A DNA stretch of 64,000 nucleotides, taken from assembly GCA_951406725.2 (NCBI GenBank), contig OX597823.1, positions 47,306,001 to 47,370,000 on the forward strand, given 5' to 3'. The notes under the pieces are model-generated. The model ran no database searches. It saw only the letters and a list, made by a program, of their open reading frames with translations, and had not been told where the DNA came from. Source of the DNA: Octopus vulgaris. Taxonomy: Eukaryota. Each line of letters opens with the position of its first letter. The stretch's first letter is position 1. The position numbers were made by a program, and so were the translations under genes. Shown piece by piece: positions 40,031 through 53,127 of this stretch.

Positions 40031-40462
40031 TCATGTCCCATATAAACTGTAAAAATACTCGAGTAATTCTGGAAAAATTTTAATAAAAAAATTCAAACTA
40101 GAATACAGTTTTGTTTCCATTGTATCATGTTTAAAAAAAAAGCTGTTCTTCATTTATACAAATATACATGAAACAGTTGGTAAAATTATTCACTGTGTTC
40201 TGTGTATATTGGTATGTCACTCTATTGTTAATCTGTTCCCGTTGCACTCAGATATATTCAAAAGTAGCAGAACCATTTGCTTATTATTAACATTCTTAAT
40301 TACATTTCATTTTGTCTTTTGTAACTTTTTTGTTTTTAATGAAATATTTTCCTTGTCAGCTTTCATATTAGAAATGTTTACTTTGTATAGACTAATGAAA
40401 TTATGCAATCCATGTCTACATTTTGAAGTATTTGGACATTTATGCAAAAACTTCATTGTTCT

Positions 40463-41012
40463 AGGCATAGGTATGACTGTGTGGTAGAAAGTTTGCTTCC
40501 CAACCACATGGTTCTGGATTCAGTCCCACTGTGTGGCACCTTGGATTGGTACTATAGCGCCAGGTTGTCCATATCCATGTGCATGGATTTGGTTAATAGA
40601 AACCGAAACAGCCTGTTTGTGTGTGTGTGTGTTTGCCCTCTCCCTCCACCACTTGCTAACTGGTGTTTATTTATGTCCCCTTAACTTAGCAGTTTGGCAT
40701 AAGAAGCTGATAGAATAACTACTTAAAAAGTCAAGCACTTATGTCAGTTCATTTCAGTAAAACCCTTAACCCTTTCGTTACCATATTTATTTTGAGATGC
40801 TCTGTGTTTCTTTCAATTATTTTAAATAGAACAAAGAATTTAGTAAAATAACTTAGTCATCATTAAGCTAGCGTTGGGAACATAAATTGGGACTAATATT
40901 TGGTCGATGATTTTAATTAAAAACTTATGAAAACAAGACATTTGTACTACAGAGCCACAGCCAGGTTGGTAATGAAAGGGTTAAAGGCAGTGCCCCAGCA
41001 TGACCGCAGTCC
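40463..41012 (+). mobile_element. SINE family B hosting a MITE
   Basis: Tail resumes AGGCAGTGCCCCAGCATG after the insert. Confidence 0.85.
40770..40980. mobile_element. piggyBac-like MITE (211 bp)
   Basis: TTAA TSD (40766-40769, 40981-40984); TIRs CCCTTTCGTTACCA / TGGTAATGAAAGGG. Confidence 0.9.
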
Positions 41013-41489
41013 AGATAGAGATTTCTGTGAATTATTAAAGTGAGTGTGTTTCAGCTAATTGATCTCAAAAAGGAAAGTGGTTTGAAGATCATTCTTGTAA
41101 TAGTTGTTGCTTAACAAATCAGTCCCAGTGCCTTCATTATGGTTTTGACAGAAGTCCGTTTCCAGCTTCTCTGTTGCTTAACTGAAATATTAAGGCTCAA
41201 GAATTTCACAGAAATGAAAAATCTTTGAATGCATAAATGGTTGGGACATTGATTATGAAGAATATCCAACATAAACACAGGCTTGGGAAAAGGGGATGCA
41301 GAGGGCACATCCACTAGTATTTTATTTTTATGGGGACAGAGCAGTGAAAATTCTTTGAATATCTTCCTATAAAACTTTGTTGCCAAACAAGCAGAGAAAT
41401 ATGTTTGGACTGATTTGAAACATTACTTTTCCATTATTGGATTTATCTAATCTGATTGATGTAAAAGTATAATAATGGTAATTCATTTT

Positions 41490-41710
41490 AAGGTGGCATG
41501 CTGGCAGAATCATTACCATGCGAGGCAAAATGCTTAACTGTATTTTGTCCATCTTCATGTTGCGAGTTCAAATTCTGCCGAGGTTGATTTTGCTTTTCGT
41601 CCTTTTTGGGGCCAACAAAATCAGTATCGGTTGAGCACTGGGGCTGATATAACCAACTTATCCCCTTCTCCAAAATTGCTGACCTTTTGCCAAAATTAGA
41701 AGCCATTATT
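41490..41710 (+). mobile_element. SINE family A variant
   Basis: GCTGGCAGAATC...GAGTTCAAATTCTGCCGAGG. Confidence 0.8.
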
Positions 41711-42022
41711 ATATCTGCATTTGTTTCGATATTAAGATTGAAAAAAAAATCAACCTTGTTTATAAAACATTTTGAACCTGATTGTGCACCGGTGGTTTTA
41801 TGCAAATTTATCATTTGAAATTATCTCCAGATAATAAATATACAAAGTATATAAAACAATCAGGTTTGGTGTGTGATTGAGTTGGTTATTCTTTCTCATT
41901 TCCCTGAATTAAAATGTTACAGGTGACACATGTCCTTTTGCTATTTTAAGATCAATAAAGGAAGTAGCTTTCTTGCACTGGGATTTATTCACGTACTATC
42001 AATAACTGAATTTATCTTTAAC

Positions 42023-42068
<46 letters not shown>

Positions 42069-42361
42069 TCTTACCTACTGTGGTAGTCCAAGAATTAGAT
42101 AAATATTTGAAGGAAGACTAAGTGGAATCTTTTCTTCTGTCCATTTGCTGTGATGGCTCTTTGAATAACTTTTAAGTAAAGAGCTTGTTATACAGGTCCC
42201 TAAGCTTCAAATTTCTCTGCAGTTATTCATTCTATATCAATATTCTAAATGTTGAACTTAGACTGAAACAGGACCTGTGAGACCCATTTATGGATAGAAA
42301 ATAAATAAATAATTTATCAAGACAAAGTTTCCTTTTACTTCACATATATTTTAGTCTAAAT

Positions 42362-42800
42362 CAGTGATACTCAACCATTTTTTTTTTTTTACTTATGGAC
42401 CCCTTTGATTCCTATTTTACTCTGGTGGACCCTCATAGCCATTCAATATCTATAAAATCTTATTATATCTTTATGATAAAATATTATTAGGAATTGCATT
42501 AAAAAAAATTGTTAAAATTTTGACAATGGATGTTGGTGTGTTTACATCCCTGTAACTTAGCGGTTTAGCAAAAGAGACCGACAGAATAAGTACTAGGCTT
42601 ACAAAGAATAAGTCCTAGGGGCGATTTGCTCGACTAAAGGCGTTGCTCCAGCATGGCCACAGTCAAATGACTGAAACAAGTAAAAGAGTAAAATATTTTG
42701 TATGTTGTAGAAGTATAACCTATTTATTGCTGATGAATTTTAACAACAAAATCTTATACGGACCCCCAAGGGCCATATGAACCTCAGTTGAGAACTACTA
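42362..42800. mobile_element. hAT-type MITE containing a SINE B 3' fragment (42523-42692)
   Basis: Termini CAGTGATACTCAAC / GTTGAGAACTACTA; 8 bp TSD GTCTAAAT / GCCTAAAT. Confidence 0.85.
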
Positions 42801-44569
42801 GCCTAAATAGACATGTCTATAATTTTATGTAAATTTGCAGTTAAATGAATGATTTACATGCAAGGGGAAATCAAATAATGATGTTGTTTCTTCAGTTCTC
42901 ATTATTAATTTTGCTGTACATCTTTAATAATATGGACCCTGTTTGAACATGTTTTGTCTTTCATCCCTTCCTATTTCTACAAGTAATTAGTGTTCTACAT
43001 AATATTTAGATATTTGTGTCATGTTCACAAAGTTTTTTTTTTTTTTTTTTTGCTGGTGTGTTTCTATAAAGCATTTTATTTTTAAATGCATTCTGTGCAG
43101 ACCTGTTATATTGGGAAGGGAGATAATAAATATTGTTTAATAAAAGTTGTTGATACCAATGTTCTCTTACCTGTAGTTTTGTATTTCCCTGGGGTATTTG
43201 TTGTGTTTGTGTAAATATTTTGTAGACTTTGTCACACACTTAGCTTTCTTTAAGGGGTTTAGAGCTTTTTTTTTTTTTGTGTAGGATTCTGTCATCTTCT
43301 GAAGGTTTTAGCAGATACTGAGAAATATTTTTGTGTGTTTGTAATTTATTGATCAACTGGCATTTTGGCTGTGACTAAACAGTGTTAATATATTAGTATT
43401 AGTATATCCTGTATATTTATCCATTTTTAATTTGGTAGCGTAGTATTTGAGAAAGATTTACAAGCAATTTCTAGTAGGTTGAGTGACTCCATACAGGCTT
43501 TGTAGATGTGCAACAACAGACTTAAAGCAACACCTACTAAATACACTGCCTCTTTGTTTAGCTGACTGCATGCTTGATATAAAATTTGCTCAGGCAAAGG
43601 TGGCCTGGGGCTACACAACAACAACAATGAATTAGTGTAAGAAAGTTTTAAGAAGTCATTTACCTACACCCTCTACACCTACACAGCCTGACAAACAAAC
43701 CCACTATGTTTGACTACATCCAAGACCACTAACATTTAGTCTCGTGCTGCTTACCCAATTCCCTAGAAATAGCAATTGGCTCTTAGAAGCTTTTTAATAG
43801 TGTGAGCGATTATTTTTCTCCACATAACCACTGCCACATCCATAATCACTCTACTAAAAGCACACACTGTCTCTTTCTGCGAGAAAAATGAATAAATGAA
43901 CAGGGCGGTTTAGTTTGGACAATTATGCAAGTAGCTATTTTTAGATTTTTCATGAATATTAAGACGAACTAATTAATTAAGCTAGGTATTGTTTCCCCAA
44001 CTCACTGCTTCTATTCAACATCAAAATAGAGAATCTAAAAACTGTATTGTTTTGTTTTTCCTTCAACTTGTTCAATATAATTCATAGAAAAACAGATAAA
44101 CAACCATTTTAAGATGTCTGCTAAGATGCTGTTGTCTTCAGATTAATTTTAGAAAATGATGTATTTTACCACTGGCACAAACTATGCAGTTTGCTCAGTT
44201 TGCAGATATTCGCATAAAAAAATGCCTTATCAGTCTGCAATGCTGCTATTTCTAATGGTTCAATGAGGGTTATGATAAACAAGACCTTGATTATACCTAA
44301 AGCTCTCAAACGGACACTTTCTGTTGCCGATGTAAATTCTTAGGTTTGTTTCACTATCTAAATAAAATCATTCTTTCATATTTTTGATTACAGTAAATTA
44401 TTTTGTTTCTAGTATTTCAAAGTTTGCTTCTAGAATTCCAAGAGATAACATTTAGATTATATAATGTTCATTTTTGTTGGTGTTGAGGTTTCTATGCACA
44501 TTTATGCCGAACAGTCATTTTTATTAAATAAGACTTTTTTTTATGAATCTAAATTCAGACTTTTTTCTG

Positions 44570-44603
<34 letters not shown>

Positions 44604-44729
44604 TCTCAATGTGTGATAAATGAAAATTGAATCTTAAGGTATTGGTGAGCTTCAACTGTCATTACATAAATACTTGTTCTTTTTATTTTATGGGAAAAAG
44701 AGGTAGCTTAGTTTTTATATGATGGCTCA

Positions 44730-45147
44730 GTACAGGCGTGGCGGTGTGGTTAAGAAGTTTGCTTCCCAACCATGTGGTCTTGGGTTCTGTTCAATCCCAC
44801 TACCCTAGGCAAGTGTCTTCTATTATAGCCCTGGGCTGACCAAAGCCTTGTGAGTAGATTGGCTTGACAGAAACTGAAAGAAACCCATTGTATGTATGGG
44901 TGTGTGTGTGTATTCTTGTTTGGGTTTCATATGGTGGACATAAATGAGCATCACTATCACGCAAGCAATTTGTTTCTAATCTTTCATTGGAAAATATGTC
45001 TGAGTATGAGAAAATATTACCTTACTTGGAAACAAGTAAGGATTAGTAAAAGGAAGAGCATCCAGCTATAGAAAATTTGCCTCAACAAATTTCATCTGAC
45101 CCATGACCAAACATGGAAACGTGGACATTAAATAATGATAATGATGA
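44730..45147 (+). mobile_element. SINE B head with RTE-like tail
   Basis: Ends CATGGAAACGTGGACATTAAATAATGATAATGATG. Confidence 0.8.
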
Positions 45148-45329
45148 AGTTGTTTGGACTCGTAACTAACAACAATAAACCCAGAGAAACAACAACTGCC
45201 ATGCTCTTCCCTCAACAGTTTTGCTACAGTGTTTTGTGTAATCTATCCTCTGAGAATTCCATTGTGCCAGATGGTCAGGTGCACATTTTCAGTAGCTTAG
45301 TGAAAGGAAATGTTAAAGAAGATTATGAT

Positions 45330-45565
45330 GATGATCGTTTTTTTTTAAGTATCATCAGCCACTTTACCATGCTTGCATGGGCTACATTGATGCAAATTTT
45401 CTATGAACAGATGCCCTTCCTGTCACTGACCCCTGTCTGTTTCCAAGTGAAGTAATATTTCTCCTCCCACCCCCATGGTCTGGCATGGAAGATTAAAAAC
45501 GAATGTCACTGCTTGTGTGGTGCTGAGATTCATTCACAACTACTGCACTATGTCGAGACCAAGGG

Positions 45566-45600
<35 letters not shown>

Positions 45601-45765
45601 TATAGATTCTTTCTGTTTCTGCCTACTTCATCCACTCACAAAATTTTTGGTTGATTTGAGGGTTGTAGTAGAAAAAATTGGCCCAGTTTGCCTCACAGTA
45701 GAATTGAACCTGAAGCCATGTAGTTGGGAAGCAGACTTCTTAACCACACAGTCATGCCTGTATCT
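45330..45765 (-). mobile_element. SINE B head with RTE-like tail, reverse
   Basis: Reverse motifs GATGCCCTTCCTGTCAC, GTTTCCAAGT and CTTCTTAACCACACAG. Confidence 0.7.
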
Positions 45766-46172
45766 ACATCCTATCTAGAGATTCTGTGTATTGCTTATTC
45801 AGAACATGAACTTCCTGTTCACTTGTTCAATGCCAGCACTGTATATACTTAATCGCTTTTGTCTTTATATATGAAACGTAACATCTTATACATAGTATAT
45901 ACTAAGATTATTTTATCCTGGGTCTGTTTTTCAACCATTATACAGTAAATATTTAATGCTGATGGGTGGATTATAGTTTAAACTATATGCTTTAGTATTA
46001 ACAGGCATCTGCTTCAGTTTCCGCTCAAAGCATGACAAACTGTGTGAGAAGCTTTACAAGATAGGAAGGAGATTGTTAAAGATAGTACAATGAGTAGTTA
46101 CCCAAGCTTGCTCAGTGCTTGGTAGTTTCTTCACAGCTAAGTATTTCAGTAACAATATCAAGGAAATATACA

Positions 46173-46812
46173 AGGCAGTGAGTTAGCAGAATTGTTACCG
46201 CTCCGTAAAAAGATACTTAGTGGCATTTCTTCTGTTATTTTATGTTCTGAGTTTAGATGTTGCCGGGGTCAACTTTGCTTTTCATCCTTTCGGAGTGGAT
46301 AAGATAAGTACCAGTTGAATGCAGGGATTGATGTAATCAATTTACCCTCTGCTCTGAAATTACTGATCTTGGGTCAAAATTTGAAATCAGTATTAAGGAA
46401 ATACAATGCTTGAAAAAAAATAATGTGGTAAGAAGCTTGCTTCCCAACCACATGGTTCCAGGTTCAGTCCGACTGTGTAGTACCTTGGGCTAGTGTCTTC
46501 TACTATAGCCTTGGGCTGACCAAAGCTTTGTGAATGGATTTGATAGATGGAAACTGAAAGAAGCCCATTGTATATATATATATATCTGTGTGTTTGTCTT
46601 TGTGTCTGTGTGTCTCCCCATCACCGCTTGGCAACTGGTATCAGTGTGTTTACATTCACATAACTTAGTGGTTCAGCAAAAAGAGCCTGATAGAATAAAT
46701 ACCAGGCTTTAAGAAATAAGTCTTGGGGTCAGTTTGTTCAACTAAAACCCTTCAAGGCAGTGCTCCAGCATGGCTGCAGTCAAATGACTGAAACAGTTAA
46801 ATGAATAAAAGA
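46173..46812 (+). mobile_element. SINE A (46173-46388) followed by SINE B (46424-46812)
   Basis: Family motifs; the A copy is flanked by TATYAAGGAAATA duplicates. Confidence 0.85.
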
Positions 46813-46864
46813 TTAATTAAAAGTTAATAACATTTTTGTTTTTATTCCTATTCTTGTTTTTTAA

Positions 46865-47237
46865 GCACTGGCACAAGGCCTGAAATTTGGGAGAATGGTT
46901 TGGTCAATACCATTGACCATCCCTCTCTCCTACTACTCTATTTTATCATCTCTAAAAGGATGAAAGATAGAGTTGACCAGGGTAGGATTTGAACTCAAAA
47001 CATGAAAAGTTGGAAGAAATTCTGTGGCTTATTTCATACACCACCACCATTTTTTAGACATATAATCCTTCCTGCTATAGGCATAAAGCCTGCAATTTTG
47101 GTGATTACATTGCCCCCCAAAAAGGATAAAAAAAGGTAAAATTGACATTGGCGGTATTTGAACTCAGAATGTAGACAGACAACATAACTGCTAAGCATTT
47201 TGCCCAGCATGCTAATGTTTCTGCCAGCTTGCCACCT
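46865..47237 (-). mobile_element. Two degenerate SINE A copies
   Basis: Reverse TTTGAACTC motifs at about 46990 and 47160. Confidence 0.7.
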
Positions 47238-48472
47238 TTTTTCTAGACATTTAATATTAAGCCGAAGTATTAGTAACACAAATAAAAAATTATAATAAGC
47301 AACAGGAAGACCAAAGTAATATGTAGTTAGGTTATTTTCCAGCTTAACCTAGTTTATAAAAAAAAAATCAAAATTTGCTAGAATATTGTTTTTCATTTTT
47401 ATTGAGAAGACATAATCACCCCTATGTTGGTGAAGAAAAAAACACAAAAAGAAAGCAACTTGTTTTATCCATCGATTTTTATCATCTATTCTGTTTTGGA
47501 AAGAAAAATGAAGCAAATAATTATCACTACATTACTATTTTACAATCATATACCAATTAGAAAATTCTTGAAATATAAAGAATGTTTTTATAAAAACACT
47601 AATTTTTATATTTAGTTTTAGAAAATCTGTATTTAATGAGGCTTGAACATGTGAAGGGTTGAAACCTATTACTGATATCAACGCGGGGCCAATAAATAAA
47701 TGGAAGAATGGGGGAAAAAAAAAGCAACAAAAAAAAAAATATATATATATATAAGAGCAGAATTACAATTAATCAAGTGCTTAGTATTGATTCTTGATGC
47801 TATACACATTCTCAGCACAAGGTAACTAGACTAGTAAACGCACCTGAAGACTGGATCAATAATTTAGCTTTCAGCCTATTATTCTTACCAATCCTCACTA
47901 GATGGAATATGGCACCTGAAGATGCTTACAAAACATATCTATTGAAATGCCATGTAAACTCAACTGTCAGTTCATTCCATAGTCTCATATACAGATATAG
48001 GGGTTCACCTGAATGTTGTTCAAATATATGTCATGTTTTCAATTAATCTAACCTTTTTTTTTTTTTTACTTTATTATTTCATTTTTATTTGAAATACTTC
48101 AGTTTTGTTGATTCACTCGGCAGTTTATTAATATGTTGTTTTTAATTGTCACAGAAGATTAATTTAAATTATTATTTAATGAATGTTTATAGAGCTGGTA
48201 CACTATTTATCATGTACTGACTTATTACTTTCATGCAGCTGGATATGTTTTCTTGTGGAAGGAGCCTTCAGGCTGGTTATTTTAGTTCTCTATTTACTGC
48301 TCTGGCACGAAGTTGGAATTATTTTTGCTGCTTCGACATAGCAATGAACAGGGTTGTTTGAGATATTTCACTCAAGTATAAGATTAAGTAACTGTTAGAG
48401 TAAATCTGCCCAAGAGTTTACCAAGACTGATCAATTACTATGTCTGTTTAAAACATGTATTATTTCTTCTCA

Positions 48473-49098
48473 GCAGAATCATTAGCATGCCAGGCAAAAC
48501 GTTTTGCATCATTTTGTCCATCTTTATCTTCCAAGTTCAAATTCTGCTGAGGTCAACTTTGCTTTTCATCCTTTCGGGTTTGATAAAATGTGTACCAATT
48601 GGAAAGTGGAGTCAATGTTATCAACTTACCCCACCCCCAAAATTTCTGGCTTTGTGTCAAAAATTTGAAACCATTATTTTCAATGCAATAAGCTGGCAGA
48701 ATCATTAGCATGTCAGGCAAATTGTTTAGCAGCATTTTGTCCAACTTTATGTTCTGAGTTCAGATTCTGCCAAGATCAACTTTGCCTTTCGCGCTCTTTC
48801 GGGGTCAATGAAATAAGTAGCAGTTGAGTACTGGGGTTGATGTAATTGACTTACCCCGTTCCCTTGAAATTGCCGGCCTTGTGCCAAAATTTGAAACCTG
48901 ACAGAATCGTTAGCACATTGGGCAAAATGTTTAGCAGCACTTTGTCCATTATTATGTTCTGAATTCAAATTCCTCCAAGATCGACTTTCATCCTTTCGGG
49001 TTCAAAGAAATAAATACCAGTTGAACATTGGGGGCAATGTAATCGACTTACTCCCTCCCCACAAACATCAGGCCTTGTGCCTAAAGTAAAAAGGATTA
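48473..49098 (+). mobile_element. Tandem trimer of SINE A variant
   Basis: Units start CAGAATCATTAGCA / CAGAATCGTTAGCA at about 48474, 48697 and 48902. Confidence 0.85.
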
Positions 49099-49123
49099 TT
49101 ACTTTTTCAGTTTCTGTAACGAT

Positions 49124-49488
49124 GTAGGCAGAGGAATGGCTGTGTGATAAGAAGTTTGCTTACCAACCACATGGTCTCGGGTTCAGTCCCACTGCATGGC
49201 ATCTTGGGGAAGTGTCTTCTACTATAGCCTTGGGCCAACCAAAACCTTGTGAGTGGATTTTGTAGACAGAAACTGACAGAAGCCCGTCGTATATATATAT
49301 ATATATGTGTGTGTGTCTGTGTTTGTCCCCCCAACATTGCTTGACAACCGATGCCAATGTGTTTACGTCCCCGCAAACCAATAGAATAAGTACTAGGCTT
49401 ACAAAGAATAAGTTCTGCGATTGATTTGCTCTAAAGGCAGTGCTCCAGCATGGCTGCAGTCAAATGACAAACAAACAAACAAAAGAAT
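49124..49488 (+). mobile_element. SINE family B
   Basis: Well-preserved head-linker-tail. Confidence 0.9.
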
Positions 49489-49684
49489 GTAGACCATAAG
49501 AAAGGTTTTCCACCAGTCACAGCTGAAGTAGTTATCTTGTTGTGTTACCGTGATTATAGTTTCTTATTCTTTCAGCTGCCTTGCATCAACAAACAAATAG
49601 TGTTTAGTATGCACAGCACCTGCAATCAGTATTAACTCTTGATTTAGTATTCAGGAACTTTAACCTTTGGTTTCTCTTATCTTC

Positions 49685-49902
49685 TTTTATCTTTTACTTG
49701 TTCCAGTCATTAGACTGTGGTCATGCTGGGTGGTGGGGTGCTGCTTTGATGAATTTTTTTTTTAGTCAAAGGAATCGATTATTTTTTTAAGCCTGCTACT
49801 TATTCTGTCAGTGTCTTTTGCTGAACTGTTGAGTTATGGGGAGGTAAACAAAGCCACCACCAGTTGTCAAGCAGTGGTGGCAGACAAACAGACAAAGACA
49901 CA

Positions 49903-49934
<32 letters not shown>

Positions 49935-50085
49935 TGACAGGCTTCTGTCAGTTTTCATCTATCAAATTCAGTTACAAGGCTTTGGTCAGCTTGAGGCTAC
50001 AGTAGAAGACACTTACCTTCAGTGGGACTGAACCCGGAGCCATATGGTTGAGAAGCAAGCTTCTTACCACACAGCCACTCCTGTT
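49685..50085 (-). mobile_element. SINE family B
   Basis: Reverse copy. Confidence 0.85.
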
Positions 50086-52054
50086 TAATGTATTTTTGTA
50101 ATGCAATTATTATTGATTTTAGTCTCGCTTTACAAGATGGTTTTGACAACAACCTCACAGCAATTATCATAAAGTCGCTTACTTTGAACTCAATACTAAT
50201 TATGGCTTCATGTCACTAATTCTTGGAACCTGAAAGGAAATGCAACTTGTAAGGAAACTGTGTGGTCTCGGTGCTTTAAATTGCATTGATGAATATGATC
50301 CCCTACTATCCACTAATGTTCATAAAGTGAGTATTTAGCTGCAAGGAAAGAGATATTGCTTCTTGTATAGAGTACAGGCTTATCTCACTTAAAATTCCCA
50401 GAAGACTGCTGAAGGATCTGGCCAAAAATAACTCACATTTATGGACTAGTAATCCAATACCCTGTTGTCTTGACCATTTCTCTCTTCCTGTATTATTGCA
50501 TTATACAGGCTTATCTCCCTTGAAAAAAATGGTTACTTGCATGTCACTAATTTACCTAACTTATCAGCTGCATAGACTTCGCTTCAGTAGTTTATTGAAA
50601 TGTAGCCATTATTGTAAATAAATAGAGCAGGCAGTCTGCAGTTGGCTGTCCTTAATATTAAACTATTCAATTGTATGTGAAATGGGTTGGGCCAGCATAG
50701 ATTTATGTGTTTTGCTGTGGAACAAAATACAATGCGCTTTGCAGCATTTGAACTCTTCAAATTTTGTGGGGGGCAGAATCTTAGCATTTTAATTACCTAT
50801 TATTTTAACCTCATTTGTTACTATATTTCAGAACTGTTTTCTATAGCTGCCTCAGGGTCACCTTGCGCAAGTGTTGTTGTCTAGTTTGTTCAAAAAGTTA
50901 ACTGTATTATTTTATCAAATAGATGAATGGAGGTAGCTATTTTGAACTAAGCATATTTTGTTTTATCTGTTCATTTTATTTTTTTTTGCTTGTCTTAATT
51001 TTTATTTGATAGTTCATTTAGATTAATTAAAGATTAAGACTCAATCATTGCCCGCATGTAGAAATTTATTTAGTATACATAAACTAGGTCAGTCTGACAG
51101 CTTGATGAATGAAGCTTAATGATCTGATGGAATTTTGTTTTGTATAGCTCAATGGTCGGTTCACTTGATTCTCCGAGAACCAATGAATGGGGTACAAAGC
51201 CCTTTTTAATAAGTTCTATAGATGACATCTATTACCACATTTTATAGATATTATCAGCTAATAATTTGTTAGGAAGAAATTCCCCTGGAGATTTCTTCAA
51301 CTGTATAATAAACCCAATTGAGCTTTGGGGTTTATGATCTCCTTGCACATGAAAGTCTCCAACTGTGAGGTTGTGTTGCATGATATTTGTCAGCAGTATT
51401 GTGTCTAGTTAGGTCTTTCAACATTTGTAGGATTATAAACAGACTGATATTGATGTAAATGTGTACTCTGGCACAGTATCATTTTGTAAATTCCATTAAA
51501 GATACATTCCAACAATTTTTTTTTTCTTCTTATTTTATATTTCTTTTCAAATATTCTGAGATAATCAAAAGTTTTATTTTGAAAGTAAAAACATTTTCTT
51601 ATTTATAGGTGCTCGTCTCTTTGCTATCTCTAATACATTTCTTTATTTAAGAATATTACACAGATACTTCACTTAGTAGACTATCTAATAAGAAATCTCT
51701 CTGATGTTAGTGTTCCGTCTTGAAATATTTATAAATTAAATGCCTTAAATAGCAGTAGTATGTCGGAAGATAAAAGAATATGATTGAGGCTTTACATTTT
51801 AGCAGTTATAGTGTGCCTTATGTTTTTTTTTTTCACTGTGGTGGCCATCTGCGTTTGAATTTTATGTTGTGATTCTTAAGTGGCAACTAAAACTCTTTTT
51901 ATACTTCAACAAAACTATGTCAACATAGAAGCTAATAGCATCAAAGTTGTGTTGTAAATGTAAGTTTGTGAGTTCAGTATCATCTTCTAAAGGACAGGTT
52001 TACTTGTTGAAAGATGGCATCAAGTGATGATGGTTAGAGATTAAATTGAATGCA

Positions 52055-52370
52055 TAGATGCAGGAGTGTCTGTAGTTAAGAAACTTGCTTCTTAATCTCT
52101 TAGTTTTGGATTCTGTTCCACTACTTGGCACCTTGGGCAGGTGTTTCTTTTACTATAGCTTCAGGCTGATCAAAGCTTTGTGAGTGGATTTGGTAGATGG
52201 AAACTGTAAGAAGCCTGTTATATATATATATATACATATATGTTTATGTGTTGTGTATGTGTGTCTGTATGTTGGTATCTCTTTGTCTTGACATCATATC
52301 AAGACAAGGATTGTTGTAAGTGAGTGTCACTGTCATACAGGTGGTGTCCTTTGTTCCCAGTCTTCCCTGA
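52055..52370 (+). mobile_element. SINE B head with start of the alternative tail; followed by a piggyBac-like MITE end (52377-52456)
   Basis: Family motifs; the MITE end matches 57420-57490. Confidence 0.7.
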
Positions 52371-52869
52371 AAACCAGATAATGCATGAATAATTCAAAAT
52401 AATGCAAATAAGTAAGCATTACATTTGAGAGAACAGTCTGGAGACTAAGAGGTTAAGCTTTGTTACAATGATTTAAAACTGGCTGTTTAGAGACTGCAAT
52501 GGTTTATATCTGTTGTCTTTGTGCTGTATCCATAGGGGACTCTTGGATGGTCCATCCCTTTTCTGCCAGTAGTTAGAAACAATAATTTATTGAAGAATTT
52601 TAATGTGACTGACCCTGATGAAGCTATTAAAGGATTGATTATTGGTCTAATATTTGCTCAGAATCTAAACTTTTTTGCCATTAAGCCACTTGCCAGAAAT
52701 GGTTATGGGACTGAGTGAAGGTATTCAAGTATATTTAGTTTCGTCATCATATTTCAAATCCAGCTGGAGTCAATCTAGCCTTTTAATTTTTTCTTTCTTT
52801 TTATGGATTTAAGGATAGGAAGTTCCTTATGTATTCTGGTTTGAATTTGTAGCCAATGTTAGTTTAGAC

Positions 52870-53127
52870 TAGTGGTTCTCATCTGGGGTTCATATGACCA
52901 TTGGGGGCCCATATAAGATTTTGTTGCTAAAATGAATGTGTAACAAACTGGTTATATTTTTATAATACACAAAATATTTAAAGAAATTTTTTATACAATT
53001 CCTAATAATATTTAATTATAAAAATATAATAGGGTCCTTTTAGAACATGAGATGACTCTGAGGGTCCACCCAAGTAAAATAGGAGTCAGGGGGTCCATAG
53101 ATTAAAAGAAATGTTCAAGAATCACCG
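52870..53127. mobile_element. hAT-type MITE
   Basis: TAGTGGTTCTCA...AAGAATCACCG; imperfect 8 bp TSD GTTTAGAC / GGTTAGAT; same family as 42362-42800 in the opposite orientation. Confidence 0.8.
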
